Shown here one piece after another: positions 51,785-63,400 of a stretch of DNA of 64,000 bases. Made by a program: the position numbers and the translations under genes. This DNA is from Candidatus Spongiisociaceae bacterium (GTDB lineage: Bacteria; Actinomycetota; Acidimicrobiia; Spongiisociales; Spongiisociaceae). The stretch's first letter is position 1. Each line of letters opens with the position of its first letter. The notes under the pieces are model-generated. The model made no database searches. It was not told the DNA's origin and worked only from the letters and a program-made list of their open reading frames with translations. The stretch is taken from the NCBI GenBank assembly GCA_965262915.1, contig OZ253564.1:4288001-4352000 (forward strand), in the 5' to 3' direction.

Positions 51785-53259
51785 CCGGCCATCCTCTCCT
51801 CCGGGGACCCAACCCCAGCTTCGGCCAGGTCGGCCGCCAGGGCGACCAGCGTGCGAACCCCGAACCCCGAACCCCCCTTCACCTGATAATGCTCGTCCAT
51901 GGGCCAGCGGGCCGGCCCGGCAATGTCCAAGTGCACCCACGGTACCTCGCCCACGAACTCCTTCAGCAGCAGCGCCGCGGTCAGGGCGCCGCCCCATCTC
52001 CCACCGATGTTCTTCATGTCGGCCATAGGCGTGTCGATAAGGGAGCGGTAGTCGTCGGGCAGGGGCAGGTGCCACAGTCGCTCTCCCACCTCGCGCCCTA
52101 CCTTGGCTATCCGATTCACCAACTGGTCGTCGTTCCCCATCAGCCCGGCGATCTTCGCCCCCAGGGCCACTTTGCAGGCACCCGTCAGGGTTGCCAGATC
52201 CACCATCAGGTCGGGCTCGTACTCGACGCCCAAGGCCAGCGCATCGGCTAGTACCAGCCGGCCCTCGGCATCGGTGTTCAGCACCTCGATGGTCTTGCCG
52301 TTGCGGGTCGTGAGCACGTCTCCGGGTTTGGTCGCGAGCGGTCCCGGCATGTTGTCGGTCAGCGGGGTCAGGCCCAACACCTTCACCGGGAGCCCTAGGC
52401 GGGCGATCGCCTGGATGGCGGCCAGCACCGCCGCCGCCCCCGACATATCGGTCTTCATCGTCTCCATCGCAGTTGCGGGCTTGATACTCAACCCGCCGGA
52501 GTCGAAGGTGATCCCCTTGCCCACGAATGCCATGAAGGCCTCCGCCCCGTCCGGCTCGTACCAAACCTCGAGCAGCCGGGGTGGACGGTCGGATCCGGCC
52601 GCCACCCCCAGGATCCCACCGAAACCCCCCTCGGCCAGCGCGTCCCGGTCATGGACCACCACCCTGAGACCGAGAGTGTCGGCAAACTCCTCGACCTTGT
52701 CCTGGATCGCCACGGGCGCCTTGTCCCGAGCGGGCGTATTGACCAGATCCCGGGCCCAGCACACGGCATCCGCCACGATCTGTCCCGCCCGGGACTCCCC
52801 GGGATTCTCCTCTCCGACCACCAGCAGCGATTCCGTCAGGGCCGGATCGGGCTTGCTCAGGTAGCGGTCGTAGGAGTACTGGGACATGATGAACCCCTCG
52901 ACGACAGCCGCCACCGGACCCTCTCGAGCCAGCGTGGTGGCGACCGCCGGTTCCCGGGACGACTTGCGACCCAGGATCCCCGCCGCCCGGCGGACACCGT
53001 CGGCTCCCGGCTCGTCGCCCAGCCCGAGGGCTATCACGGTGTGGGGCCGAGCGGTCCCGGTCTGGTAGGTGACGGTCTGGCCGGACTTGCCCTCGAACCG
53101 GGCCCGTTCCAGGGCGCCGACGAAACCCGTCCCGAGCGACTCGACGTAGGCCTCCGCGTCCCCCGGCCATACCGGTCCGGGCCGGGCCGCCAGACCTATC
53201 ACTCCGGCGTCGGCCGCCGCGTCGGCCAGTGACGCCACGAACGCAACATCCACGCGCAT
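51781..53259 (-). CDS. pepA: Leucyl aminopeptidase (M17)
   Basis: VGKGITFDSGG, MKTDMSG, NTDAEGRL, ATLTGA, HLDIAG. Confidence 0.95.
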   Translation of the reverse strand: MRVDVAFVASLADAAADAGVIGLAARPGPVWPGDAEAYVESLGTGFVGALERARFEGKSGQTVTYQTGTARPHTVIALGLGDEPGADGVRRAAGILGRKSSREPAVATTLAREGPVAAVVEGFIMSQYSYDRYLSKPDPALTESLLVVGEENPGESRAGQIVADAVCWARDLVNTPARDKAPVAIQDKVEEFADTLGLRVVVHDRDALAEGGFGGILGVAAGSDRPPRLLEVWYEPDGAEAFMAFVGKGITFDSGGLSIKPATAMETMKTDMSGAAAVLAAIQAIARLGLPVKVLGLTPLTDNMPGPLATKPGDVLTTRNGKTIEVLNTDAEGRLVLADALALGVEYEPDLMVDLATLTGACKVALGAKIAGLMGNDDQLVNRIAKVGREVGERLWHLPLPDDYRSLIDTPMADMKNIGGRWGGALTAALLLKEFVGEVPWVHLDIAGPARWPMDEHYQVKGGSGFGVRTLVALAADLAEAGVGSPEERMAG

Positions 53260-53312
53260 TCTCCTTGTCCGCTGCTTCGGTGGTGCTGGATGGCAGACCA
53301 CCGGGGACGATC

Positions 53313-54014
53313 CTACCGGAGTGGCGCCACTCCCATGGCCACGGCCCGTGCGAGGGTCACCGACCCCAGGGAGGTCAGAACGGCCAGATAGCCGAGTCCG
53401 GTGGCCGCCATCACTCCGGGATACGACGGGTACCTGAGCGCGAACCAGACCGCCACCATCAGAAGGAAGCTGGTCCCCGCCAGACCCACCGAGACCACCA
53501 GGGCAGTCGCCGACCCTGCGTGGGGATAACCGAAGGAGAGCACCACCGCGGCGTCCAGAGCCACCCCCACCGCTCCTGCGGCGGCCAGGCGCTGCAGTGG
53601 CCCGCGAGGTATCCGGGGACTCACGAGATACCAGTGTCCGAGCAACAGCTCAGCGGTGATCCCGCCCAGCGCCAGGCTCCCCGTGACCGCAGGTACCAGC
53701 CGGTCGCCGACCGCGGCTCCTGCGAGGAACAACACCGCCGCCACCCCGAACATCACGGCGGCGATCCCGGATCTCCTGGCTACCGGTACAGCCCCGATCA
53801 CCACCAGGCAGGCTAAGGCCACGACCGGGCCGGGATCGAAGAACCAAGCCGTTCCACCGACCAGGCCGATCGTCCCCGCGGTCAACCAGAGGTAACCGGG
53901 CCCGACGATCCGCCAGTACGCCACCAGCGCTCCGGCGCCCGCGATCCCCGCCGACCACATCGCCAGCAACACCGCGGGATTGAATGCCGATTCCGACCCG
54001 AACATGGTCTCCAT
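53313..54014 (-). CDS. Multi-pass membrane protein of unknown function
   Basis: About 7 TM helices, LLGHWYLV, VMAATGLGYLA. Confidence 0.75.
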   Translation of the reverse strand: METMFGSESAFNPAVLLAMWSAGIAGAGALVAYWRIVGPGYLWLTAGTIGLVGGTAWFFDPGPVVALACLVVIGAVPVARRSGIAAVMFGVAAVLFLAGAAVGDRLVPAVTGSLALGGITAELLLGHWYLVSPRIPRGPLQRLAAAGAVGVALDAAVVLSFGYPHAGSATALVVSVGLAGTSFLLMVAVWFALRYPSYPGVMAATGLGYLAVLTSLGSVTLARAVAMGVAPLR

Positions 54015-54269
54015 TCATGTCGAACCGCTCACCGCCCGGATACCCTCCTCGTAGGAAGCCGCTCGCGGCGGGCGGGCTGAGCAGTATATGACTGCGGTGG
54101 CCGGTGACCAGTGGGCGGCGGCAACTGTCCAGAGCGACAACCCGCAACTAGCAACTACTAACTGGCGGCTAGTAATATAAACCAGTGCCTACCGACCGGA
54201 TACGGGCTATATCGATGGGAGTCGGCATATCCTGGAAGAATCAGGCTCTCGATCCCGAAAGAGGCACCG

Positions 54270-55235
54270 TTGTCAGAACTCCCGTCCGTGTCGGTGGTCA
54301 TGGCGGTCCAGAACGAAGCCGGCCACCTCGAGAGAACGCTCGACGCCGTCCTCGGCCAGGACTACCCCGGACCGCTCGAGGTGGTGGTGGCCGACGGACG
54401 GAGTACCGACGAGACCCCGGCCATCCTGGAGCGGCGGGCGGCGCTCGAACCCCGGCTGCGGGTGGTGGACAATCCGGACCTGGAGGCGGCACCCGGCCTG
54501 AACCGGGCCATCGAGGCATCCGGGGGCGAGGTGGTGGTGCGTTGCGACGGACACGCCGAACCGGCCACCGACTACGTACGGATCGCGGTGGAACTCCTCG
54601 ATCAGACCGGCGCCGCCAACGTCGGATGCCGCCAGATGGCGCGCGGGACCACCCTGGTGCAGCGCGCCGTAGCTATCGCCATGACCTCGCCGTTCGGCAT
54701 CGGAAACGCCCGGTTTCGCTACTCGTCCACCGCGGGGCCGGTCGACACGGTATACCTCGGGGTGTTTCGCCGGACGGTGCTCGAGGAGGTGGGCGGGTTC
54801 GATCCCAGTCTGCGGCGCAACCAGGACTACGAACTCAACTACCGCCTGCGGCGCTCGGGCGAGATCGTGTGGTTCGACCCGCGCCTCGAGGTGACCTACC
54901 GGCCCCGGTCATCACTGCGAGCCCTCTGGCGGCAGTACCTCGACTACGGGAGATGGAAACGGGTCATGCTGATGCGAAACCCGGGATCGATGGCGGCGCG
55001 CCAGGCGGCTCCGCCACTGTTGGTGATCGGGCTCGTGGTATCGGCCGCGGCCGCCGCGACCGGCGTACCGTTCTGGTGGGTGGTGCCGCTCAGCTACGCC
55101 GCCTTCCTGGTGACGGGAACCATCACCGAGTCGATCCGGCGCCGCGATCGGGCCGCGGGGCTCCTCCCGGTCGTGATCGCGACCATGCATCTCGCCTGGG
55201 GTACGGGGTTCCTGCTAGTACGGACTCGGCGGTGA
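54270..55235 (+). CDS. Glycosyltransferase family 2 (ExoA-like)
   Basis: VADGRSTD, RCDGH, DTVYLG, RNQDYELNYR, QYLDYGRWK. Confidence 0.92.
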   Translation: MSELPSVSVVMAVQNEAGHLERTLDAVLGQDYPGPLEVVVADGRSTDETPAILERRAALEPRLRVVDNPDLEAAPGLNRAIEASGGEVVVRCDGHAEPATDYVRIAVELLDQTGAANVGCRQMARGTTLVQRAVAIAMTSPFGIGNARFRYSSTAGPVDTVYLGVFRRTVLEEVGGFDPSLRRNQDYELNYRLRRSGEIVWFDPRLEVTYRPRSSLRALWRQYLDYGRWKRVMLMRNPGSMAARQAAPPLLVIGLVVSAAAAATGVPFWWVVPLSYAAFLVTGTITESIRRRDRAAGLLPVVIATMHLAWGTGFLLVRTRR

Positions 55236-57287
55236 AGGCCCTTTCCAGATAAAGGCGCGGGCGAGGAAGGTCGCCATCGATCCCCTGGTGACCGGATCGT
55301 CGGGACAGAAACGGGTCCCGTCCCCGCACCCCAACGTGATTCCCTCTTTGGCGATGGCATATATCTCGGCGCTGTGGGGATGGCCCCTCGGCACGTCCGT
55401 GAACCGGCCGTCCGGCACGCCTGGTGGCAGATCCCGGGCACGGGCCACGAACACGGCCATGACCTCCCGCGTCACCGGATCTTCGGGACAGAAACGGGTC
55501 CCGTCCCCGCACCCCGAGGTGATCCCCAACTCCGCGATCGCATAGATGGCGCCTCGATGGATATGGCCCGCCGAGACATCCGAGAATCTGGTTCCCTCGA
55601 TCCCGGGGAGTCTCATGGCGCGGCTCAGGAAGGTGGCCATCGCCCCCCTGCTCACCGGATCTTCGGGACAGAATAGGGTCCCGTCCCCGCACCCCCGGGT
55701 GAGCCTGTTGTCGAGCATGGCTTGGATACCGACAGAATGAGCAGAATCGATCGCGTCCGGGAAGAGCGGTAGGGGGTCGTGATCGGATGAGGCCCACACG
55801 GGGTCGTCGAGATCCCCGTCGTTGCGCACGGGCACCTCAGGCACGCCCGGGTCGGGCGGAGGCTCGGGATGTGCGGGAGTTTCGGATTGTTCGGGCCACT
55901 CCCCGTCGATGGACATGATGTTGGAGGACTTGAGCCCGAGATGAGTCCGTAGCCAGGAACCCGCGACGGTTACCGATCTCGATTCGCCTCCGTCCAGTCC
56001 CTCGAATCTCACATGCGCCGGAGAGGCAAGCGACTCCTCGACATCCAACGTTGCGTCGGTCACTTCCTCCCAGCGCAACAAACGGGCTATATCCGAAGCG
56101 CGGACACTGCGCTCCCAGGAAGCGTTCGGGTTGCCCAGGTCGGGGTCCACGTCCCAGTGATCTTCGACCGGCTCGAGGTAGGGCCACGATCGGACGCTCT
56201 TCTGTGGCACCTTGTTCCACTCCGTAAAGAACCCGTAGCGGTTGCTGAGGGAGAAGCCACCTGACGAGGCGGAGAAGAACGCCTGCACGATCCCCCCCTT
56301 GGTGTACCTCTCCGAATTCTCTCCGAAGTAGGTGAGGACCCGGTCCCGGGTCGCCTCCACACCCTCCAACCATGGCCCCCCGTCAGACCGCGACTCCTTG
56401 GCCCAACCTATGTAGTTCATGTCTCGGGTGTTGTCGTACAGATGGCACCAGCAGCGGTCCTTCCGCTCGGCGTCGATACCCGGGTCCGTGTCGGGATCGG
56501 CGGGTCGCGGCACGGTCTCCGACTGGAAGAACTTGAAGGCGGCATACGAGCGGGCCGCGACCGCCTGGGCTTCGTTGACCCCCGGTGCCTCCCAGTGGTC
56601 CAGAATCTCGGCAATGCCCCTCAGGTAGTCCTCGAGGCCCACCGCCAACACCACGTGGAACCCGATCTCCTCGGGGTCGTCCCGTATCTTCAGTTCCCCG
56701 TGCCGGTACTCGCACTCCTCGCCCCTGCGGGATGCGCACAGCTTGCTCCTCTCCTTCCCGTACCGGAGCCGGACTCCTGTCGCGTCCGGCCAGGCGATCG
56801 AAGCCCTGCAGCTACCGGCGGTGCCCTGGAGCTCCCCGCCCAGGAAGAACCCGCACTCGTTGCGTGCGATCCGCCGGAACTCCCATTTCTCCCCCTTCTG
56901 CGGTTGCTCGGGTTTGGGGCACGGACCTTCCCCGTCATCCGCCAGGCACAACTCGAGCGGACCTCCCACGGCGGTGAACTCAAGCAGGGTGATATGGGAG
57001 CCCAGGTTCACCCAGAGCGGGTGGTCGAGCGTGTAGAGCAGGTCGTTGCGGAGCGAGAGGTCGCTCAACGAACCCGGTTCCGAGCCCGGGTAGTAGTAGG
57101 CGGCGATCTCCTCGCCGGGCTTGTCCGGATGCTCCAATGCCTGGCCGTAGGCGCCCCATTGGCTCATACCCACACGGTGGCCCCACCCGGCGCCCTCGAA
57201 CACGAACACCCGACCGCTCTGGGCGGAAGCGGCCGCCGCCAGCGCCACCGCCCCCAAGGCCGCGAAGAAAAGTAACTTCCTGAGCAC
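55215..57287 (-). CDS. SpoIID/LytB-domain secreted protein with three SLH-like repeats
   Basis: GAGWGHRVGMSQWGA, LEDYLRGIAE, AQAVAARSY; 3x GCGDGTxFCPxDPVxR. Confidence 0.88.
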   Translation of the reverse strand: MLRKLLFFAALGAVALAAAASAQSGRVFVFEGAGWGHRVGMSQWGAYGQALEHPDKPGEEIAAYYYPGSEPGSLSDLSLRNDLLYTLDHPLWVNLGSHITLLEFTAVGGPLELCLADDGEGPCPKPEQPQKGEKWEFRRIARNECGFFLGGELQGTAGSCRASIAWPDATGVRLRYGKERSKLCASRRGEECEYRHGELKIRDDPEEIGFHVVLAVGLEDYLRGIAEILDHWEAPGVNEAQAVAARSYAAFKFFQSETVPRPADPDTDPGIDAERKDRCWCHLYDNTRDMNYIGWAKESRSDGGPWLEGVEATRDRVLTYFGENSERYTKGGIVQAFFSASSGGFSLSNRYGFFTEWNKVPQKSVRSWPYLEPVEDHWDVDPDLGNPNASWERSVRASDIARLLRWEEVTDATLDVEESLASPAHVRFEGLDGGESRSVTVAGSWLRTHLGLKSSNIMSIDGEWPEQSETPAHPEPPPDPGVPEVPVRNDGDLDDPVWASSDHDPLPLFPDAIDSAHSVGIQAMLDNRLTRGCGDGTLFCPEDPVSRGAMATFLSRAMRLPGIEGTRFSDVSAGHIHRGAIYAIAELGITSGCGDGTRFCPEDPVTREVMAVFVARARDLPPGVPDGRFTDVPRGHPHSAEIYAIAKEGITLGCGDGTRFCPDDPVTRGSMATFLARAFIWKGPSPPSPY

Positions 57288-57468
57288 CAGAGCAGTTTAG
57301 GACGTCCCCCCGCCCACCCTATGGATTGCCGGAATCCGGACCTATCCCGCCGTTCCGGAACCGGAACAGATCTCCGAGCGACCCGAGAGCATGCAACAGT
57401 ACGACCGGTCCGCGGCCGATGGAAGCCGTGTCGTGAGTGTTCGGCCTTCGGCCGGACACATGCGGAGG

Positions 57469-60400
57469 TCAGCCGGCCGAAGAACTCGTGGCCGGCCCGG
57501 GCAGGAGGACGCCGGGTGCTAGACCGGCGAATTCCGGCGTCCAACCGGCTCGGATTTGCTCGGCATGGCGAAGGAAGTAGGTGTCGTCGTTCTCCCATGT
57601 GTGGCCTGAGCCGTGCCGGACGAGAACGTAGCCAAATCCGTGAGTCCGGTATACCTTTCCCCCTACACGCCTCACGTCTTCGACAAGCGCTACGTCCACC
57701 CCCCTCGGTACCCTCCTCCACCCCCCGGCAGTCTCCAGATCGTAGCGTGAGATCAGCAGTGTCCCCCCAGCAATGGAAATCACTTTCGAAGCAGCCTCCC
57801 CCTTCCCGCAGAACCGGTGGATCGTCTTGTCCGACCGCGCCAGGTAGACGAACTCGGACCCTTTCGCCACCAGTTGCGCGCCGGAATACTCGTGGGCGAG
57901 CACCAGATCCCAGATGTGTTCGTCGGAGTAGACGTCGTCATCGTCCATCTTGGTGAGCAAAGTTCCCCCCGACGCGGACACCGCCCTGTTGAGCGCCGCG
58001 CCGAAGCGGTGACGTCCGTCTACGCGCAGAACCCGGGTGAGGATCGGCAGGTCCGCGGCGGCTGCCTCCACATCGTTACCGAACCCTTCCCCATGCAACA
58101 CGAGGATGAGCTCCAATCTCGGGTAGGTCTGGGACGCCACGGTGACAAGCAGGTCGGCAACCAGGTCGGGACGTTTAGTCACCGCCAACACGGATACGTC
58201 GGGGAGTACCGGCGGGTCCGGCAGCCCCGCTCCGATGACCTCGCGGGCCCTGGCTCGCAGGGTGTGATCCCGCAGGGCCGCCCGGCGCATCGACGTGCTG
58301 AGCAGCTCCCGGCCATGGAGGTCGGCTTCGAGTATGTCCGGGGCGGATATCAGCGCGTACAACTCGGCGCCGAGCCGGGACTCGAGAGCCGGATCGTCAT
58401 CTGCCAGATGCACCACCACCCCCATACCAGCCACAGCGGCCAGGGTGGCCGCACGGATGGTCATATCGGAGTGGAACGCCGCCACATCCTCCAGGTGATG
58501 GACGACCCGCAGCGCCTCCCGATCGTTGCACGCCACCGTGTGGTTCGCAGCGCTTCCGGAAGGAAGCAGGTCGAGCGGCCCCAGAGCTCCAACTCCCTTC
58601 TCCGGTTCCCTGTGCCATCCGATGGGGTTGATGGTCAGCGGGTCGAAAGCGGGAACGGAGAACCGGACCGGGAGTTCGGACAGTATCACCAACGGAACCT
58701 CGACTTCTCCCGCTGCATCCCGTGTATCGGCTACGACGAGGTCCACGTGCCTGCCATCGAGAGAGTGGCCCACCCTGATGGAGTTGCCGAAGACCGCCAC
58801 AGCCTGCGGACCCACCGTGACGATCTCGGCCCCCAACGGGTAGCCGGCGCCCACACCTCCGAAGGGTGCCATCTGCGCGGTCTCCAGCAAGCGATCCGCG
58901 CCCGCACCGATGCCCTTCGGCCGGGTACGGGACCGGCGGTAGCGGCGGCGAACTCCCCTCAACCGCCATCCCACCGCACCCGCCAGCCACTTCGCGAACA
59001 GCCAGGCCTGCCCAAAGCTGTCGATCCGCCGGAACTCCTCGAGGAGCCTGCCCGCCTTCGAACTCAGCCGCCGCACCCGCCGCGCAAAGGGACGCGAACG
59101 GAGCACCGTCGGGGCCCCGGGTGCGGTCCTTACGGCTTCCGCCGACACCGCGGCACCCAAGTCGGCGATGCTCTTCCCCGCCCGGTTGGCCCGGTGCAGA
59201 GCCCAGGTCCGGACGATCGACACCCGGGAGCCGTCGGACAGGGTCATGGTCGCGTGGACCGCCGAGCCCAGCTTGTTGCGGAGGGTGTGAATGATGTTCA
59301 CCCCAACATCGGCGCCCGGGGGAATCGTCACGTGGAAGGAGGAGATCGGGAACTCGTCCAAGACGGTATGGACCGGCCCGAAGCGGACCCGAGGATCGGG
59401 TCCGAGTTGGCGGCGGAACCACTCGAAGGCATCGTCCTCCGGCCGGTCTTCGATCATCACCACCAAGTCGTGGACCCGGTCTCCCAGGATCCGTTCGGCC
59501 ACGTGGAACAGCCTGTCCACGGGCGCGTACCCCGCCTCGACGGTCACCACGTATTGCGGAACCGTGAAGGTGCGGCCCGCCGGAGCGCCTCGGAACCCGT
59601 AGTGGGCAATCAGGTGGGCGATCTTAGCCCTCTGAAGTTGCAGACTGCGTCGCTCCGCCTCGCTGGGCGCCGCCCCCACCCCCTGGTGCCAGCAAAACCC
59701 CTCCCTCACCGGGACCAACAGGGCGCCATGGGTGTAGGCCCGGTAGCCGAACTCGGTATCCTCGGCCCCCCACTGGGTGAACGACTCGTCGAATCCCCCG
59801 ACAGTCTCGAAGAATTCCCTGGAAACCCCCAGGTTCCCCCCGGTGACCACCCTGAACAGGTCGTCCGCCGAGGAGGTCAGGTCGTCGGTCCGGTCCATGT
59901 GAAACTCGATCCACTCGGGCCGTGCCGAAGGCCGGTCGGAGAACATGTCCTCCAACGATCCCGTCAGGTTCCTCACCATGGCTATATCCACGCCGTCCAC
60001 TTCCACGTGAGCCCTGAAGCCGAGGGTCAGCGCGTCCGTAACAACGTGATGCCAGCGGGCATGAGCGGCCAGCCACCCGGCCTCGGGCATCATGTCACAA
60101 TCGAGAAAGATCAGGATCCCGTGGGAGGCGGCCCCGGCCCCGGTATTGCGGGCTCTCGCCAGACCGAAGCCCCGGTCCTCCTGGTGCACGACCTGCACGT
60201 TGAGGTCGGTATAGGTCGGCTGCTGAAGAGGGACCCTCGAACCATCGTCGACCACCACCACCTCGAACAGATCCCTCGGGTATCTTTGGCGCTCGAGGGC
60301 GGCCAACGTCAGCTCTAGAGCCTCGGGCGCCTCGTAGTAGGGAACCACAACGGTCACCGGAAGGGTGGGCACGAAATCCTCGAGCGACGGTACGTCCACC

Positions 60401-63400
60401 CTGTGCCAGTCATTGCCGCGGACCTTCGTGGGCTGAGGCCCGCGAACCGTTGCCGGCCGCGGGGAGGGAGTTCCGGCCCTGCCCGCTGATCGCCCGCCCG
60501 TGAACGGCGATACGGTGCCCGCCAAACCGGCTCGCTCTGGACGCCACCCGTCCCATACCTCCCCAGCCTGGTCGAGGATGTAGGCGTCCTCCTGCCTACG
60601 TTCCTCCGGCGAGCCGTCCACGACCTGCACGTATCCGCAACCGTGGGTCCGGTAGACTGAGCCCCCTATCGACGTGACGTCGTCGGCCAGGGCACTCCCC
60701 GCGTCCGTACGGAGCCTCCTCCACCCTCCGGCCGCGGCCAGATCGTGACGGGAGATGAGCATCGCCCCGTCTGCCAGGGCGTCCCTGGCGGCCGGGAACT
60801 CCTCGCCCCCGCCTACATGGAGGTGGACCATCCGATCGATGTGGGCCAGGTAGAGGAACTCGGCGCCCTTGGCCACCAACTCGGCCCCCGAGTACTCCCG
60901 GGCGAGAACCAGATCCCACACATGTTCGGATGCGTACAGGCTCCGGTCGTCCATCCTGGTGAGCAGAGCGCCTCCGGAGGCGACCACCCCACGGTTGAGA
61001 GCAGTTCCGAGGGTTTGCGAATCCTCCATCCTCAATACGCGTGTACGGCAGGGCGCCTCGGCTGCGGTCTCTTCGACCTCGTCTCCGAACACGCCGCCCT
61101 GCAGCAGGAGCACCATCTCCAACCGAGGATAGGTCTGCGAGCACACGGCCTCCAGCAGGCCGGGCAGTAGGTCGGGGTCGGTGGCGACGGCGAGCACGGA
61201 CACCTCAGGCAGCGTCGGCGCATTGAGCGCGGCGGCGGAGATGATCTCCCTGGCGCGGCTCGCCAGAGAATGGCTCCGGAGGGCTTCCCGGCGCGCCGCG
61301 ATGCTCATCAGCTCCCGTTCGCCCGGGTCGGCATGCAGGAGGCCGTCGCCGGACATCAGTCCGTACAGGTCATGGCCCAAGAGCCTCTCCAAGCCTGGAT
61401 CGGAATCGGCCAACCTCACTACCACGCCCTTGGCGGCCAGGGCCGCCAGCGTGCTGGCCCGGCTTACCGGATCGGGGTGGAAACCGGCCACATCCACGAC
61501 GTACCAGGTGCGGAGGAGTGGGTCGCGGTCATCGGCCGACAGGACGGCATCCGCCGTCACACCGGGAGGTAGCAACTCGAGGGCGCCGAGAACACCCACG
61601 GTCGGCTCAGCGTCTCGTATCCATCCGATCGGATTGGTGGACCGCGGATCGAGCGCCGGGACCGAAAGCCGCCTCGCCTGTTCGGTGAGAAACACCACCG
61701 GCACATCCGGATCGAGAGCCTGTTCGACCGCATCGGGATCATCGGCCAGGATCAGGTCAACGTGGTGCCCGTCAACAGTGCTAAAAACCCTTCGGGAGGC
61801 TCCCAGTACCGCACGGGCCCGCCGACCCGACGTGACGATCTCCGCCCCGAGCGGGTAGTCCGAGACTGGTAAGGCATCGGTCGATGGCCGGAACACGAAA
61901 GGCAACCACACCTGTAGGCGGCTGTGGACGGCTCCCGCCAGCCACTTGAGGAACTGCCAAGCCTGGCGGGGGTTGCGGATACGTAGGATGGCCCTGACCA
62001 GGCCGACCACCCTCGCCCGTATCCGCCGGACGGTCCAGTACATCCGCCTGACCAGGCCGACCACCCTCGCCCGTATCCGCCGGACGGTCCAGTACATCCG
62101 CCGTAGCTGCGAGCGGACCCGCCGGACCAGGGCCTTCAGGCCGGCCCACCCCTGCGGCCGGGCGCTGACGAGTACCATGCGGCGTACCTTCACCGACACC
62201 CTGGCGCCCAACTCGCCGATGCTTCTCCCGTTGCGGCGCATTCGGTGCAGCGCCCACGTCCGGACGATCGACACCTGCGCGTCGTCACCCAATATCAAGG
62301 TCGCCTCCACCGCTCCGCCTAGTTCGGTCCGCATCGTGTAGACGAAGTTCTCCGCAGGCTCCGCCCCGGCGGGTACCGTGATGTGGAAGGCGGCATTGGG
62401 GAAGCTGTCCAAGGCTGTGTCGGGCGACCCGAAGCGGACACGTGGATCGGGACCGAAATGGCGGCGGATCAACCCGAAGCCCTCGTCGCCGGGTCGGTCC
62501 TCGATCCTGACCACCAGATCGTGGATACGGTCCCCGAGGATCCGCTCGACGACCGAGAAAACCTGTTCAACCGGGGCATCCCTGGTCTCGACAGACACCA
62601 CGAACTGGGGAACCGTGAAGGAACGGCCGGGGGAGGCCCGGCGAAACCGGTACTGCGCGATCAAATGGGCGATCTTGGCCTGCTGGAGATCGAGACTCAG
62701 GATCTCCTCGTCGCTGGGGGTGGCCCCGGCGCCCTGATGCCAGCAGAACGCCTCCCGTTCGGGTACCAGCAGGGCACCCCTCGTGTACGCCCGGTAGCCG
62801 AACTCGGTGTCCTCCGCGCCCCACTGGGTGAACGACTCGTCGAACCCCCCCACGCTCTCGAGGAACGCCTTGCCGACACCGAGGTTCCCGGACGTGACCA
62901 CCCTGAATATGTCGTCCGCGGTGGACGTGAGTTCGTTGGTCCTGGCCATGTGGAACTCGATCCACTCGGGGCGTTCCGCCGGGCGATTCGAGAAGAGGTC
63001 CCCCAACGAACCGGGCCGCTCCCTGATACTGGACGGATCGATGTCGCCCGTCCGCACGTGCGCCCGGAACCCGAGAGTGAGGGCATCGGACAGCACGTGG
63101 TGCCAACGGGCATGGGCTGCCAACCACCCGGCCTCGGGCATCATGTCGCAATCGAGAAACACCACGATGTCGTGGGCCGCGGCCCTCGCGCCCCTGTTGC
63201 GAGCCCTCGGCGCCCCGAAACCGCGCCTTTCCTGGTGGATGACCTTCACATCGAGGGGAGTTCCTACGGGTTGGCTGAGCGGGACCCCGGAACCGTCGTC
63301 CACGACGATCACCTCGAACAGGTCTCGGGGATAGCTCTGCCTCTCGAGGGCGGCCAACGTCAGCGCCAGCGCCCCGGGAGCTTCATAGTGGGGAATCACC

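Noticed and set aside
55270-55700. Dispersed DNA repeats accggatc(t/g)tcgggacaga..gggtcccgtccccgcaccc as an array
   Set aside because: They are the coding sequence of the three SLH-like repeats.
57817-60318. 833-aa + strand ORF and other long antisense ORFs
   Set aside because: Antisense shadows of real high-GC genes with no domain signatures.
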